A DNA stretch of 63,622 nucleotides, counting the filler, from Chrysochromulina tobinii (taxonomy: Eukaryota): the NCBI GenBank assembly GCA_001275005.1. It is 6 parts of 6 records of this genome, joined end to end, with 100 filler letters (N's around TTAATTAATTAA, not from the genome) between each part and the next. Parts side by side here need not be neighbours in the genome. Positions count along the whole stretch, not along the records: positions 60,663 to 63,622 come from JWZX01001094.1; 5 more parts are not named here. One strand, 5' to 3'. Within the stretch, counting starts at the first letter, position 1; each line of letters opens with the position of its first letter. The notes beneath the pieces are model-generated. The model made no database searches, was not told the origin of the DNA, and was given only the letters and a program-made list of their open reading frames with translations. Positions 61,478-63,622 of this stretch are shown here, one piece after another. The position numbers and the translations under genes were made by a program.

Positions 61478-63622
61478 ATGACTTCTGTGTGTCGTAGGCT
61501 GCCACTCTTGACCTGTGTCGGGCTCGACACACCTCCGTCACGGTCCTCGCCCGCCGCGATTGCGACGTGGCCAGCACCGCCCCCGTTCCGTCCCAAAAAC
61601 GAGATCGCCGCCGCTCTCCATGCCATGCACGGCAATGTTGACGCCGCCAACGCCACCGCCGGGCCCGCCGTCGCCACCGAGGCCGCCCCCACCGTGCTCG
61701 TTACCGCAACCGCCGTTCCCGCGAACCCCGCCACCGCCGCCCACCTTGACTGCCCCGTCGAAGGCTGCGGGCTGACCTTTTCGACCAGGCTCAAGCTCGC
61801 CAACCATCTCAACACGCCCAGGCACGCCGCCGCCGACGCGCAGATGCTTGCCAGCGGCGCCTTTGCGCGCTGCCCAGTGGCTGGGTGCTCGAAGGTGCTG
61901 TGCCTCATCTCAAGCGAATCGGTCAACTCCCCGTCGCCCTTCCGCACGCACATCGCCCGAGGCGGTGCCAAGTGCGACCTTGCCCACACGAACTTCCGCT
62001 CAACCCACGCGGAGGCGTGGGTGCGCACCGAGTACCTCGCGCGATGCCACGCCGCGAGCATCGCCACCCCGGGATCTCTCGGAGCCGCGCTTGTCATCTC
62101 AGACGGCACCGCGATCGCAACCAACGTCACAGCCGCCGCCACCGTTCCCGCCCCTGCCGCCACCGTGCGCACCGAAGCCGCCAACAATGACGCTGCCTTC
62201 GCCGCCTTCATGCTCGGCCATAACGGCGCCGCAGCTGCGGCGGGACACGTGCCAGTTGCCACCGGCACCGCCACCCGCGGCGTCATCCCCGCCCTCGACC
62301 CCAAGGCAGACTTAGCGCCCATCATGCACGCGCTCGACATCGGCGCCTTGCGCGCCGCTGCCTTCAGGTCACAACCACTGCCGCGCAAGGAGGCGCTCCG
62401 GTGCGAGCTCGTCCAGCCCATCGTCTCTGGCTGGCTCTTGTGTGGCGCCGAGGATGGCGCCGCGGCCAAGACGGAGCGCGGCGCTCACGGCTACGCCCTA
62501 CGCATCGCCGCTGAAACGTTTATCTTCTGGCGACCTCACGGCACCGCGCCACACAGCGAGGCCGCCCTCCGCTCGCGGGCGACGGCCTTCGTAGCTGCCG
62601 TCAACGGCGGCACCTTCGCCGCTCTCTGGCAGCCGTTCGTTGCCTCGGCAGCCACTCGGCGGCCCTGTCCCACCGACGGCGCGCCCGCCGCAACCACGGC
62701 CCTGCCTCTGGAAGCCATCGAGGAGGAGGCTGAGGCGCGCACCCCACCGCCCACGGATTGCGAACTCGGGAGCTCCGAGCGCACGGCGCGACGGGCGACC
62801 TACCTCGCCGCCAAAGGCGAGCCAAGGCGCGCATGGGACTGCTACGCACCCTCGTCCGTCGACGACCCGAGCTCGCGCGAGGCGAAGCAGGCCACTCTCG
62901 ACCTGCTTCCGCAGCTCGACAACCCGCCGACGGCTGCCTTTGCTGATGAGCCCGGAGTTGCGCCGTACACCATCTCGGCGGCCACGTTCGACAGGGTCAT
63001 CCCCCACCTGCCTGAGATCCGAGCGCCTGGCACGCTCCCGCAATCCAATGCCATCATCACCGCCTGCGCCGAGTTCGGCGCGAGCGCCGCGATGCGCGCC
63101 GTGTTCAACGCCTGCCTCGCTGACGACGTCCACCCCTTCCTCGCCTCCTGCCTCCAAGACCCGCGCGGCGCGGTCATCCAGAAGCTCGACCCTATCTCGG
63201 GCGCCATCGTCGGCCGTCGTTGCCTGGGCCTCGGCGAGAAGGACCGGTGCGCCATGCTCTCGTGCGTCGGCTTCGACATGAAGGAGCCGATGGATACCTA
63301 CCTCACCAGCCCGCCGCCCGAAGATCTCGGTCGACGACAGCTCGCCATCGACCTCGCCGAGGACGCCTTCATCCAGGCCGAGTTCGTACTCGCCGACGCC
63401 GTCAGGAGCGGGCTGCCGACCGACGTCGACGCGGCGTCGACGGCGCGTGACGCGGCGCGGCGCGCGCTCGCCGACGCCGAGCTGCCGCTGAAGTACGTCA
63501 CGAACTTCTGCTACGCCGGGGATGGCACCGTCCAGATGTTCCACCTGATACAGAACTGGCACCATTGCGTGCCGAGCAACATCACCATCTCGGACGACGA
63601 ATGCAATATGTACGGCGAGTGT
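61478..63622 (+). mobile_element. Non-LTR retrotransposon ORF (CRE-clade-like): two N-terminal zinc fingers plus N-terminal part of a reverse transcriptase; 3' partial
   Basis: 715 stop-free codons from ATG 61478 to the window end (absent from the ORF track). CPVEGCGLTFSTRLKLANHLNTPRH and CPVAGC...H fingers; RRATYLAAKGEPRRAW; RAPG (domain 0); VIQK...GRRCLGLGEKDR (1-2); NFCYAGDGTVQMFH (2a); ISDDECNMYGEC (3). Confidence 0.7.

Noticed and set aside
1..63622. Hundreds of long overlapping or antisense ORFs (e.g. 6631..7992, 9990..11432, 31490..32854, 42903..45056, 57862..59142, 62498..63565)
   Set aside because: Shadow ORFs expected at this GC content; Arg/Ala/Pro-rich, no motifs, and opposite or out of frame to well-supported genes.

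Overview
GC-rich eukaryotic nuclear DNA, most likely a haptophyte alga (Chrysochromulina/Prymnesiales-like). This is an inference from short GT/GC-AG introns, ASAF-type bipartite plastid targeting peptides, PPSPPP proteins and haptophyte-style WD40/LRR/FG-GAP repeats. The window is six contigs joined by artificial 100-nt N44-TTAATTAATTAA-N44 spacers, so adjacency across the gaps means nothing. Recognisable genes: plastid-targeted MinE, pectin acetylesterase/Notum-family esterase, double-PAS protein, F-box/Kelch, a broken VPS16 C-terminal fragment, FkbM methyltransferase, GT31 glycosyltransferase, an inverted pair of EF-hand paralogues, class-3 lipase, Rieske PAO/Tic55-like oxygenase, rhodanese, a large EF-hand/LamG/ankyrin protein, a Tudor+PWWP protein and tRNA-Lys(CTT). 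Most interesting: (1) a 7-blade WD40 gene built from one-repeat exon+intron cassettes with hypervariable surface residues, flanked by 54-bp direct repeats (candidate diversifying receptor); (2) a single-chain RPA70N-Skp1-F-box-LRR fusion; (3) a divergent CRE-like zinc-finger/reverse transcriptase ORF, missing from the ORF track because it runs off the window, preceded by a ~420-nt densely base-paired leader; (4) arrays of tRNA-Lys 3'-end fragments; (5) repeated duplication of splice junctions around introns made of CTGAY minisatellites. All calls were made by eye; no database searches or folding programs were run.
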